Virus record (IMG/VR): IMGVR_UViG_3300017963_000208
Coordinates: 3,601-67,600 of that record
Length of the DNA stretch: 64,000 nt
Strand: one strand, 5' to 3'
Source of the DNA: a virus
Shown here piece by piece: positions 7,995-15,112 of the stretch. The stretch's first letter is position 1, and each line of letters opens with the position of its first letter. The position numbers and the translations under genes are program-made. The notes below the pieces were generated by a model. The model did not search any database, was not told the origin of the DNA, and was given only the letters and a program-made list of their open reading frames with translations.

Positions 7995-8485
7995 TGCAAG
8001 ACCCATGCCAACTCTCTATATATCTCAGAATAATTATACCCCTTACCCTATATATACCCCTATATAGGTATATATTGACTACCCTATATGACACTATATG
8101 GCTATCAGTGCTATTAGCCCGCCCCTGCAAGACCTATACCACCATATACGTAACTATAGTTACTAATATATACCCATATATTAATAAATCAGTGTATTTA
8201 TAACTATTGATTATTATGTGATTAAATGCTGGTACTCCACCGATAGAGTAAGCAAGATATATACCAACATAATGGCATAGATATTGAATGGCTATGCAAC
8301 CTTTGTGCCAGAGCTCGCGGGCCTAGATAGAGAACTATAGTTACCCAATGCAATTAATATACCAATGTAGTTATATAGAATGGTACATATATTGCAATAA
8401 ATTAAAATGACCATATATGGATATACATGTATATAGGGGTATGGTAATGTAAAGGGGTACGGTGCTATATGCAAAGACCGTGCCA
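7995..8485. promoter_or_regulatory. Second cluster of sigma54-type boxes
   Basis: Minus: 7995-8010, 8126-8141, 8251-8266, 8295-8310, 8349-8364, 8470-8485; plus: 8381-8396 (and imperfect 8273-8288); TGG(C/T)A(C/T)-N5-TTGC(A/T). Confidence 0.65.
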
Positions 8486-8713
8486 TGGCTCCATCCGGTA
8501 AATCACACACAAACCTAATTTAACCAACTGAACAAATATTCATACTCTATATGGGTCATAAAATAACCCAATTAAGGAATCTATTTGGGTCATTGAGAGA
8601 AGTACCAAAAACCGAGGGGAACAAATATTCAAACCCAGTAAAAATAATCATGAAGAAAAACCCAATGATTTCAAGACTAGGTTAAAACTAGAGTGCTTTT
8701 CGTATAATTATTA

Positions 8714-8743
8714 TTTAACTATGTATAAGTACGCTACTATAAG
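8714..8743 (+). promoter_or_regulatory. Phage-specific promoter motif copy 2
   Basis: TTTAACTATGTATAAGTA then TATAAG 6 bp later; upstream of 8764. Confidence 0.7.
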
Positions 8744-8763
8744 TAGAGGGGGAAAATAAGAAC

Positions 8764-9051
8764 ATGAGAGACTTAATAGATAAAGCTGACCATATATTGA
8801 GAAATAGTCATAGATTTAACGTGGGAGATAAGGTTAAATTTAGAATATCAGATGAAGCTGGAGCTAGAATAGTAAGGGGCAAAGTGCGGCGTGTAGAGAT
8901 AAATTATTTGTGGTCTGGTGTCTATGAAATAGAATTAGATAACCCCTGGGATAAGATATACAAGGACGAGGCTCCTAGAAATACTATGATGATAAGAGAG
9001 GACGTACTCACATTGGATACTTTAGACTATATGAGAAAGAATAAGAAATGA
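8764..9051 (+). CDS. SH3/KOW-like small protein, conserved C-terminal motif family
   Basis: RFNVGDKV; C-terminal DTLDYMRKNKK. Confidence 0.8.
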   Translation: MRDLIDKADHILRNSHRFNVGDKVKFRISDEAGARIVRGKVRRVEINYLWSGVYEIELDNPWDKIYKDEAPRNTMMIREDVLTLDTLDYMRKNKK

Positions 9052-9248
9052 GATTCGAGGTCGGGGATAAGATCAAATTCAAGTGGGGTAAAGGCCATAT
9101 GGTTGGTACCCTATCTAAGTATATAGGTGAAGACTACTGGTGGGTGTTATTTACAGATGGGTGTTTTGACAGGTGTATAGAGATGAGAGGCTACATGTTC
9201 TCCCACGCCAACCCAGTGACTTATATGAGACGTAAGAGGGAAGGATGA
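9048..9248 (+). CDS. SH3/KOW-like small protein, conserved C-terminal motif family
   Basis: RFEVGDKI; C-terminal NPVTYMRRKR. Confidence 0.8.
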   Translation: MRFEVGDKIKFKWGKGHMVGTLSKYIGEDYWWVLFTDGCFDRCIEMRGYMFSHANPVTYMRRKREG

Positions 9249-9529
9249 GTAAATTCGAGCCAGGCGATATAGCTATACATGAGTACCTAAGCATCAGGCA
9301 GAGAGGAGACTTGCCAGATACACTAGAGATACATTGTGAGTGGGTAGCGGATAGAGTAGAGATTATTAAAGAAGCTACGGGGGAGAATCCACACTTAAGT
9401 AACTATTATCGGGATGGCCTTTACTTTGTTTGTAATAAAGACGGAAAGGCTTATATGGTTCCTGTCCAAGAGTTGAGATTGGACGTCGTTAACACTATGA
9501 GACGGAGAAAAGAATCTCGTGAGCAATAA
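9245..9529 (+). CDS. SH3/KOW-like small protein, conserved C-terminal motif family
   Basis: KFEPGDIA; C-terminal ELRLDVVNTMRRRK. Confidence 0.8.
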   Translation: MSKFEPGDIAIHEYLSIRQRGDLPDTLEIHCEWVADRVEIIKEATGENPHLSNYYRDGLYFVCNKDGKAYMVPVQELRLDVVNTMRRRKESREQ

Positions 9530-9746
9530 TAAGTATAAGTTAGGTGATAGGGTTAGATTTAATAGTCAGGGGCTTAAAGGAGTAGGGGTAGTGGTGGCTA
9601 TTTCTCAATTTGCTCCAGATTGTTATGTGGTTCAAGGCCCGCCCCGAGCGGGTGGTCGCGGCCTCCGGATAGACTTACACGAGAAAGAAATGGAATACAG
9701 CGTAATTGGATACATGGTAAGGAAGAAGAATGGGCTGGAAACCTAA
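9519..9746 (+). CDS. SH3/KOW-like small protein, conserved C-terminal motif family
   Basis: KYKLGDRV; C-terminal SVIGYMVRKK. Confidence 0.8.
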   Translation: MSNNKYKLGDRVRFNSQGLKGVGVVVAISQFAPDCYVVQGPPRAGGRGLRIDLHEKEMEYSVIGYMVRKKNGLET

Positions 9747-9978
9747 GTTACACCTATTTCAATTAGGAGACAGGGTAAACTTTAGTTACCTAGGTAGAAA
9801 GGTAACGGGGAAGATTATAGGTATAAGGCCCACTAAATCTCCTTATTCTGGATTCCCCTTATTTCAAGAGTATACGGTAGAATTCTCGGATGGCCCCCGC
9901 ATGAATATGTGCTACTGCAAAGAAAGTGACCTTATGCTGGCAGATACTATAGAGTATATGAAAAGGAAGAAACAGTGA
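9730..9978 (+). CDS. SH3/KOW-like small protein, conserved C-terminal motif family
   Basis: LFQLGDRV; C-terminal DTIEYMKRKK. Confidence 0.8.
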   Translation: MGWKPKLHLFQLGDRVNFSYLGRKVTGKIIGIRPTKSPYSGFPLFQEYTVEFSDGPRMNMCYCKESDLMLADTIEYMKRKKQ

Positions 9979-10205
9979 AATATAAGGTAGGAGACAAGAT
10001 TAAGCTGTCTACGGGGTACGAGTTTAACCCCCAGGTTTATATTGGAACGGTGGTCAAGGAGCCTACCAAGAAGAATAATCTATACCTAATAGAGTTCAAG
10101 GCAGACGAAAGAGGGACCCAGAGGATATACCTAACCGCCGAACAAATACAGCCCTTGAATGTGATGACCTATATGAAAAGGCTTAAGAAATCTCAGACTG
10201 ATTAA
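9975..10205 (+). CDS. SH3/KOW-like small protein, conserved C-terminal motif family
   Basis: KYKVGDKI; C-terminal NVMTYMKRLKK. Confidence 0.8.
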   Translation: MKYKVGDKIKLSTGYEFNPQVYIGTVVKEPTKKNNLYLIEFKADERGTQRIYLTAEQIQPLNVMTYMKRLKKSQTD

Positions 10206-10290
10206 AATAGTCGGCTCAGAACACTAGAGAGCCATATTTCGACCCTATTTTGGCTTAAAAAGACCTGAGTAATACCGGAGGATACCCCAA

Positions 10291-10527
10291 ATGATTAAGA
10301 AAATCACTAAAATCACAGAAGTCGAAGAAATTCGGACAGTTAGTATTACCTGTGACGTGTGTCAGAAAAAGATTACTCCGGACGATATTTGGGAGTGGCA
10401 AGAGATATATTTCGTGGTTTTCACGGGTGGCTACGGTTCTGTGTTTGGAGACGAGACTAAGGTGAGGTGTGAAATCTGTCAACACTGTCTCAAGAAGCTT
10501 ATAGGACCATATTGCCGCTATGAATAA
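10291..10527 (+). CDS. Zn-finger hypothetical protein
   Basis: CDVC...CEICQHC; GGAGG RBS. Confidence 0.7.
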   Translation: MIKKITKITEVEEIRTVSITCDVCQKKITPDDIWEWQEIYFVVFTGGYGSVFGDETKVRCEICQHCLKKLIGPYCRYE

Positions 10528-10792
10528 ATATCAAAAGAAGGATAGGGTCAAGGTTAGGGTGCTGATGCCCCAGAAAGAACCAGGAGTAGCTCGGGGTGAA
10601 AGATGGGTGTCGGGGGAAGTACTGGCCGTAGAACACAATGATTTATTCAATGATTCCTACATCGTATATGTAAAACCCAAGGCTGAGGATAAGTTTCCCT
10701 TCCCGGTGAATATGGCAGCTCCCATACTACACGTAGGTCCAGAGAATTTAAAAAGAGACGTTATAGAGCATATGAGGAAGAATAAGAAATGA
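10520..10792 (+). CDS. SH3/KOW-like small protein, conserved C-terminal motif family
   Basis: KYQKKDRV; C-terminal DVIEHMRKNKK. Confidence 0.8.
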   Translation: MNKYQKKDRVKVRVLMPQKEPGVARGERWVSGEVLAVEHNDLFNDSYIVYVKPKAEDKFPFPVNMAAPILHVGPENLKRDVIEHMRKNKK

Positions 10793-11088
10793 GTAAAGAC
10801 GATATCTTAGAAGATCTCAAGGATGTGTGTGAGGACTCCAGACACCCCTATTTAAAGAAACCTAGATTCTATAGGGTTGTAAATAAAGGTAAAAAGCCGT
10901 GTCCTAGCAGTCGGAATGGCCTCCATTACCCCGATAAGTTGGAGTGGGGCGTAGACCTGAGAGACCATATGGTAGACCTGTGGTGTGGAGATTGCGGTAA
11001 GAAATTCAGAAAGATACCCTTTAGGGACCTACCTGAAGAGTGGAAAGACCAGATAAATAAGACGTTGGAGGAATCTATTGATGACTAA
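10789..11088 (+). CDS. Hypothetical protein, possible Zn ribbon
   Basis: CPSSRNGLH...WCGDCG. Confidence 0.65.
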   Translation: MSKDDILEDLKDVCEDSRHPYLKKPRFYRVVNKGKKPCPSSRNGLHYPDKLEWGVDLRDHMVDLWCGDCGKKFRKIPFRDLPEEWKDQINKTLEESIDD

Positions 11089-11407
11089 GGCAGAGAGATT
11101 ATTAAAGAAAAAGAAGAAGTTTGAAGATAGGGCTGAAAGAATCCAGGGACGAATCGAGTATCGGAAGTATCAATGGAAGGATACTCTACAGTTTTCAGGA
11201 AGTGAGTCTAAGAATGAGCCTCATGTCTATTTAGCCGCTGGTAGAGATTGGAAGGACGGGTCTCTTCGTTTGGACCTAAGAATCGATGATAAGACAATAG
11301 TCTACGGAACTGATAAAATTCGGGAACTTAGGGACTGGTTAACCGAAATGCTGTCCGATTCCTTGACTTCGGAAATGCGTGAAATTAAAGGGAAAAATAA
11401 GGGGTAA
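11078..11407 (+). CDS. Hypothetical protein (possible divergent member of the motif family)
   Basis: KYQWKDTL and C-terminal DSLTSEMREIKGKNK. Confidence 0.65.
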   Translation: MMTKAERLLKKKKKFEDRAERIQGRIEYRKYQWKDTLQFSGSESKNEPHVYLAAGRDWKDGSLRLDLRIDDKTIVYGTDKIRELRDWLTEMLSDSLTSEMREIKGKNKG

Positions 11408-11439
11408 CATTTTTTACAGGAACAATTGTTACCATTCTG

Positions 11440-11470
11440 TTTAACTATGTATAAGTATTAGCCTTATTAT
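11440..11470 (+). promoter_or_regulatory. Phage-specific promoter motif copy 3
   Basis: TTTAACTATGTATAAGTA then TATTAT 7 bp later. Confidence 0.65.
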
Positions 11471-11599
11471 AGAGGCATTTTTAAGGACATGTGCCTGGGT
11501 GGTTAGCTTGTCCTCCTAGCCTGTTTCCGGTAGCTTTCTGCTACCTACAGGTAACACTTTATTAAATTCGTATCTATCCCCACCTGAAGACGGATTATT

Positions 11600-11788
11600 A
11601 TGAAGCCGATAGTTGACTGCCCAGGCCTAAACCAATTAGCTGAGGCCATAGAACTTTGTGATGAAATACTCGCTAGCCACACCCAGGCCAAAATAATTTC
11701 CCTTAAAGAGCATAGATTCATAAAGGAAATGAGAGCGGAACTTATGGAAGAATTCCGCCGTCTTAGCCGCAAAATGCTATTTGGATAA
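11600..11788 (+). CDS. Hypothetical helical protein
   Basis: ORF track; weak RBS; start lies inside a predicted RNA helix domain. Confidence 0.5.
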   Translation: MKPIVDCPGLNQLAEAIELCDEILASHTQAKIISLKEHRFIKEMRAELMEEFRRLSRKMLFG

Positions 11789-11797
11789 TGGGCAGAT

Positions 11798-12187
11798 ATG
11801 GGTTTCAGAAAATTCCTACGGAAACTCCTTCCTAATCCGGAAGATCAAGTCAAAATTCCCATTAAAGACGTAAAATCGCTAGAAATTTCCCCTATTTGCA
11901 AGACAGAGAAAGAATACAACGACAGGATGATTCTTAGTATAGGCGGTCTTCATCGCAAGATTGGTATACTTAAACGTCCTGATGTCTATGGTCCTGAAGA
12001 TTTAATAGAGGAAAAGATAGCATTAGAGTCTGTGGGCGCTGAATTGATTATTCCTGCCATAATTATCCCACACGGAGTATCACAAGAAGGTTGGATACCT
12101 TACATAGTATTTTTTACTCATGATAAGAAGTTATTTGTATGTCCAGCCGATTATGATGCTTTTTCTGATACAGGGTATGAGAGGTAG
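11798..12187 (+). CDS. Hypothetical protein
   Basis: ORF track, 129 aa. Confidence 0.65.
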   Translation: MGFRKFLRKLLPNPEDQVKIPIKDVKSLEISPICKTEKEYNDRMILSIGGLHRKIGILKRPDVYGPEDLIEEKIALESVGAELIIPAIIIPHGVSQEGWIPYIVFFTHDKKLFVCPADYDAFSDTGYER

Positions 12188-12306
12188 ACGAGGGTAACTT
12201 TGGTTACTCTCATGTGATTCCTCCCATTACTTAGTAAGCCTAAGTAACTTCCTCCTCGTCTGTTGGGCGGAGGGGCTGGTTTATCTGGTCCCTCCCCCGA
12301 CAATTT

Positions 12307-12507
12307 GTGGAAATCATTATGAAAATTACATTGACACCATCCAGGAAAGATGATTTACGCGAAATAAGGGGGGCTCTCAAGCTATTACAGGCCTTGGGAG
12401 GCGGAGTTCTAGAGCTTGCACCGGGCACATACACTGTTGACAACAAGCTTGAAGTACCAAATGGATGTACTATTGTTGGTGGTGGTAAGCAAACTAAAAT
12501 CAAGTAA
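12307..12507 (+). CDS. Stand-alone N-terminal cap fragment of a pectate-lyase-like beta-helix
   Basis: LQALGGGVLELAPGTYTV..KLEVPNGCTIVGGG matches the first rung of the three tailspikes in this window. Confidence 0.6.
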   Translation: MEIIMKITLTPSRKDDLREIRGALKLLQALGGGVLELAPGTYTVDNKLEVPNGCTIVGGGKQTKIK

Positions 12508-12524
12508 GGAGGTACAGAGTCCAG

Positions 12525-12719
12525 ATGGACCCTGCTAGTTTATCTATTATAGAAGAAGGCGTAACCGACCCTCCCAGAGGAAGTGAATTAGTGGAATGGT
12601 ATGAATTTTTGGGCATTATGATTCTATGGGATCTAGCTCGCTCGGTATTTACAGCTTGGTTAACCAAATATTGGCTCAGTAAACGGCCAGTGAGCAAGAG
12701 GAAAGCAAAAGATGCCTAA
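12525..12719 (+). CDS. Small membrane protein
   Basis: AGGAGG RBS; hydrophobic segment FLGIMILWDLARSVFTAWL. Confidence 0.6.
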   Translation: MDPASLSIIEEGVTDPPRGSELVEWYEFLGIMILWDLARSVFTAWLTKYWLSKRPVSKRKAKDA

Positions 12720-13038
12720 AATTCGTCGCAGAGGACCCATCAGATACTCCGAAGCTACTGGAATTGATAAGCCTAAGAAGCTTATTGATACAGATAAGAT
12801 AGATGTTATACGGCAGAAGCCTAATCGCGTGAAATTAGGCATCGAAGAGGGTGAGACCCGCTTTCCACCCGAGGCTATAGCGCCAAATAAGCGAAAGTAC
12901 GACGAAAAAGGGCGTTATATTAAGCACAAAAATGATTTTACGAAGAAAAAAGAGGACTCCGATGAAAGAAAAGAGCCCTCTATGGTAGAAGCAATGAAGA
13001 ATACGTCCCTATCTAACCCATATCGGAAGAAAAAGTAG
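12712..13038 (+). CDS. Basic hypothetical protein
   Basis: K/R-rich 108 aa, overlaps neighbours. Confidence 0.65.
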   Translation: MPKIRRRGPIRYSEATGIDKPKKLIDTDKIDVIRQKPNRVKLGIEEGETRFPPEAIAPNKRKYDEKGRYIKHKNDFTKKKEDSDERKEPSMVEAMKNTSLSNPYRKKK

Positions 13039-13589
13039 TGTCAAACAAGAAAAAAAGTGTAAAAGTTCTTGAAAATATTGCTGATGCTAAGGAAGAGGCA
13101 GCAAAAAGACGCTTAAAAGGGCTTTCGAAAGACGGTTGGAGTGTTATTCAGCTATTTTTACAAGAAATTCAGGCGAATGACCTAGTTTCAGAGGTAGTAG
13201 GTGGAACTAAAGTTACTCTTACTAACCAAATTGAGGCTCTAAAGGAACGTATTCAGTTCGAATTTGAAGACGACGAAGAGGTTAAAAAGTTAATTATGGC
13301 TAATTTCCCCACCTATAACACTATTCGTAGGTGGACCAAGGCTCAAGGTTGGCAGGATGCTGTCTATGGTAGCATTAAGTATGCCAATTTATTTGATAAT
13401 TACCATAAGGCTAAAGTTATTGACGGCGTGTATAGAAAAGCTACGGCTGATGGACGCCAGGATATGAAAGCTGCGGAGCTTTATTTCAAAATTGAGGCCG
13501 ATGTATTTGGTAAAAATAAAGATAAGGGGTCTGAGAGCTTGCAGGATGAGCTCACTAATGTGGTCTTGGGGAAAAAGAAGTCTAAGTAA
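13038..13589 (+). CDS. Putative terminase small subunit (phBC6A51-like HTH)
   Basis: Immediately before terL; TIRRW..W.D.V...KVIDGVYRKAT..D.KAAELYFK pattern. Confidence 0.55.
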   Translation: MSNKKKSVKVLENIADAKEEAAKRRLKGLSKDGWSVIQLFLQEIQANDLVSEVVGGTKVTLTNQIEALKERIQFEFEDDEEVKKLIMANFPTYNTIRRWTKAQGWQDAVYGSIKYANLFDNYHKAKVIDGVYRKATADGRQDMKAAELYFKIEADVFGKNKDKGSESLQDELTNVVLGKKKSK

Positions 13590-13598
13590 GGATAGGGA

Positions 13599-15092
13599 AT
13601 GGAAGCCTACGTAGAGTATGGTGAACCTTTAAAATTACACGAACTTCACATAGAAGAGCTTGTAAAAACACTGGAAAAAAAGGGTGTTAAGTTAGTTAGT
13701 TCTAAAATAGGACCCCTAACTCCTAAGCAATCTCTTATATGTAAGGACGAAGCAAGATTTAAGGTAGTGGCCTGTGGACGTAGGTTTGGCAAGTCTATGC
13801 TGTGTACACTTATCGCTCTGGCTGTGTTGTTACAGCCGGGACGAAAGGTGTGGGTAGTAGCTAAAGACTATGGACTCACAGATAGGGTGTTCAAGGAACT
13901 CTATCATTTGGTGGTTAATGAACTAAAACTCGCTAAGAGTAAGTCCATGTATCACCGTTTCGTAACCTTGAAGAATGGAAGTGAGTTTAGAGGCAAATCT
14001 TGCACCAACAGAACCTCCTTGGTTGGTGATGCCGTAGACCTTATAATTTGGGATGAGGCTGCTCTAGAAGAGCAAGCAGAAGATATATGGAACCAGGAGC
14101 TTCGGCCCTGTCTAACTGACCGTAAAGGGTCGGCTATCTTCATTTCTACCCCCAGAGGTCGTAATCACTTCTATGAATGGTATAGATTAGGTAAGAAAGG
14201 GGAATTACTACGTAAAGCCCTGGAAGGCTCTGATACGGAACTTACTGAAGAGGAAGTGGCCTTGTCAGACTGGTCTTCATATAAGTTTACCTCTTATGCC
14301 AATACCATTGAAGAAGGAGGATATTTAGATAGAGCTGAGATTGATGCGGCTAGGCTGACCCTACCGCCGCTGAAATTTAAGCAGGAATATCTGGCAGATT
14401 TTACGGCTGTTTCAAATAGGTCCTTTCCAGAATTCGACTTTGACGTACAAATTGTCGATGAAGATTTTGGAGGGCATATTATTCAGCCGCATAATCCAGA
14501 AGTCTTCGCCAGTATGGATTTCAACTACTCTACCCCCTGTACCACTCTGTATGCTCAGATGGATGGGAGCCTAAATGTTTTTATCTTTGATGAGTTTGTG
14601 CCCAAAGAAGCACAGACTACTGTTCATGCCCAGGCTAAACAGCTTCTGGAAATAGATAAACAGTTAGGCGGAGTAATCCACACAGTAGTAGCTGATATCG
14701 CTGGGAAACAAAAAGACTTGGCTGGAAGAAGTGCTTGGGATGATTTAGCTTCTTGGGGCATTCATCCTACGGGTAGAAAGCAGCGGATAGAAACAGGATG
14801 TGATTTAATCCGTCTTTGGTGTAGATATCCTGTTGTAGATGATAATGGAAAGATACTATTTGAAGAAGACGGAATAACTCCAGTAACTTATCCAAAATTA
14901 TTTGTACATAGTAGGTGTGAAAACCTTATTTACGCTTTAGAAACTGCTACAGCACAAGAAACACAAAATGGAATTCTGAAGGAAGGGTATAAAAAGGACG
15001 GAAAGACAGACGGACCTTTGGACGCTCTCAGGTACTTATTGGTGTATTTGCTCCATGATTCAGGATATGTTGGAGCCATTCCGGTAATTTAA
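13599..15092 (+). CDS. terL: Terminase large subunit
   Basis: Walker A GRRFGKS, Walker B LIIWDEAA, ISTP coupling motif, RNaseH-like SMDF and D..DALRY. Confidence 0.95.
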   Translation: MEAYVEYGEPLKLHELHIEELVKTLEKKGVKLVSSKIGPLTPKQSLICKDEARFKVVACGRRFGKSMLCTLIALAVLLQPGRKVWVVAKDYGLTDRVFKELYHLVVNELKLAKSKSMYHRFVTLKNGSEFRGKSCTNRTSLVGDAVDLIIWDEAALEEQAEDIWNQELRPCLTDRKGSAIFISTPRGRNHFYEWYRLGKKGELLRKALEGSDTELTEEEVALSDWSSYKFTSYANTIEEGGYLDRAEIDAARLTLPPLKFKQEYLADFTAVSNRSFPEFDFDVQIVDEDFGGHIIQPHNPEVFASMDFNYSTPCTTLYAQMDGSLNVFIFDEFVPKEAQTTVHAQAKQLLEIDKQLGGVIHTVVADIAGKQKDLAGRSAWDDLASWGIHPTGRKQRIETGCDLIRLWCRYPVVDDNGKILFEEDGITPVTYPKLFVHSRCENLIYALETATAQETQNGILKEGYKKDGKTDGPLDALRYLLVYLLHDSGYVGAIPVI

Positions 15093-15112
15093 GCCAAGTA
15101 AAAGGAACTAAT

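Noticed and set aside
7921-8510. ORFs 7921-8130 (-), 7994-8203 (+) and 8292-8510 (-)
   Set aside because: Y/I/T/P-rich translations arise from TA-rich low-complexity DNA; no RBS; they overlap the regulatory boxes.
8764-10792. C-terminal motif as a pure Shine-Dalgarno artefact of overlapping genes
   Set aside because: May explain part of the K/R run, but not the D-T-I-x-Y-M core, its synonymous variation, or copies lying 30-50 nt from the next start.
11493-11626. Y RNA (UUGACU word in the closing stem)
   Set aside because: Lacks the bulged-C Ro-binding helix and tRNA-like module; similarity too short.
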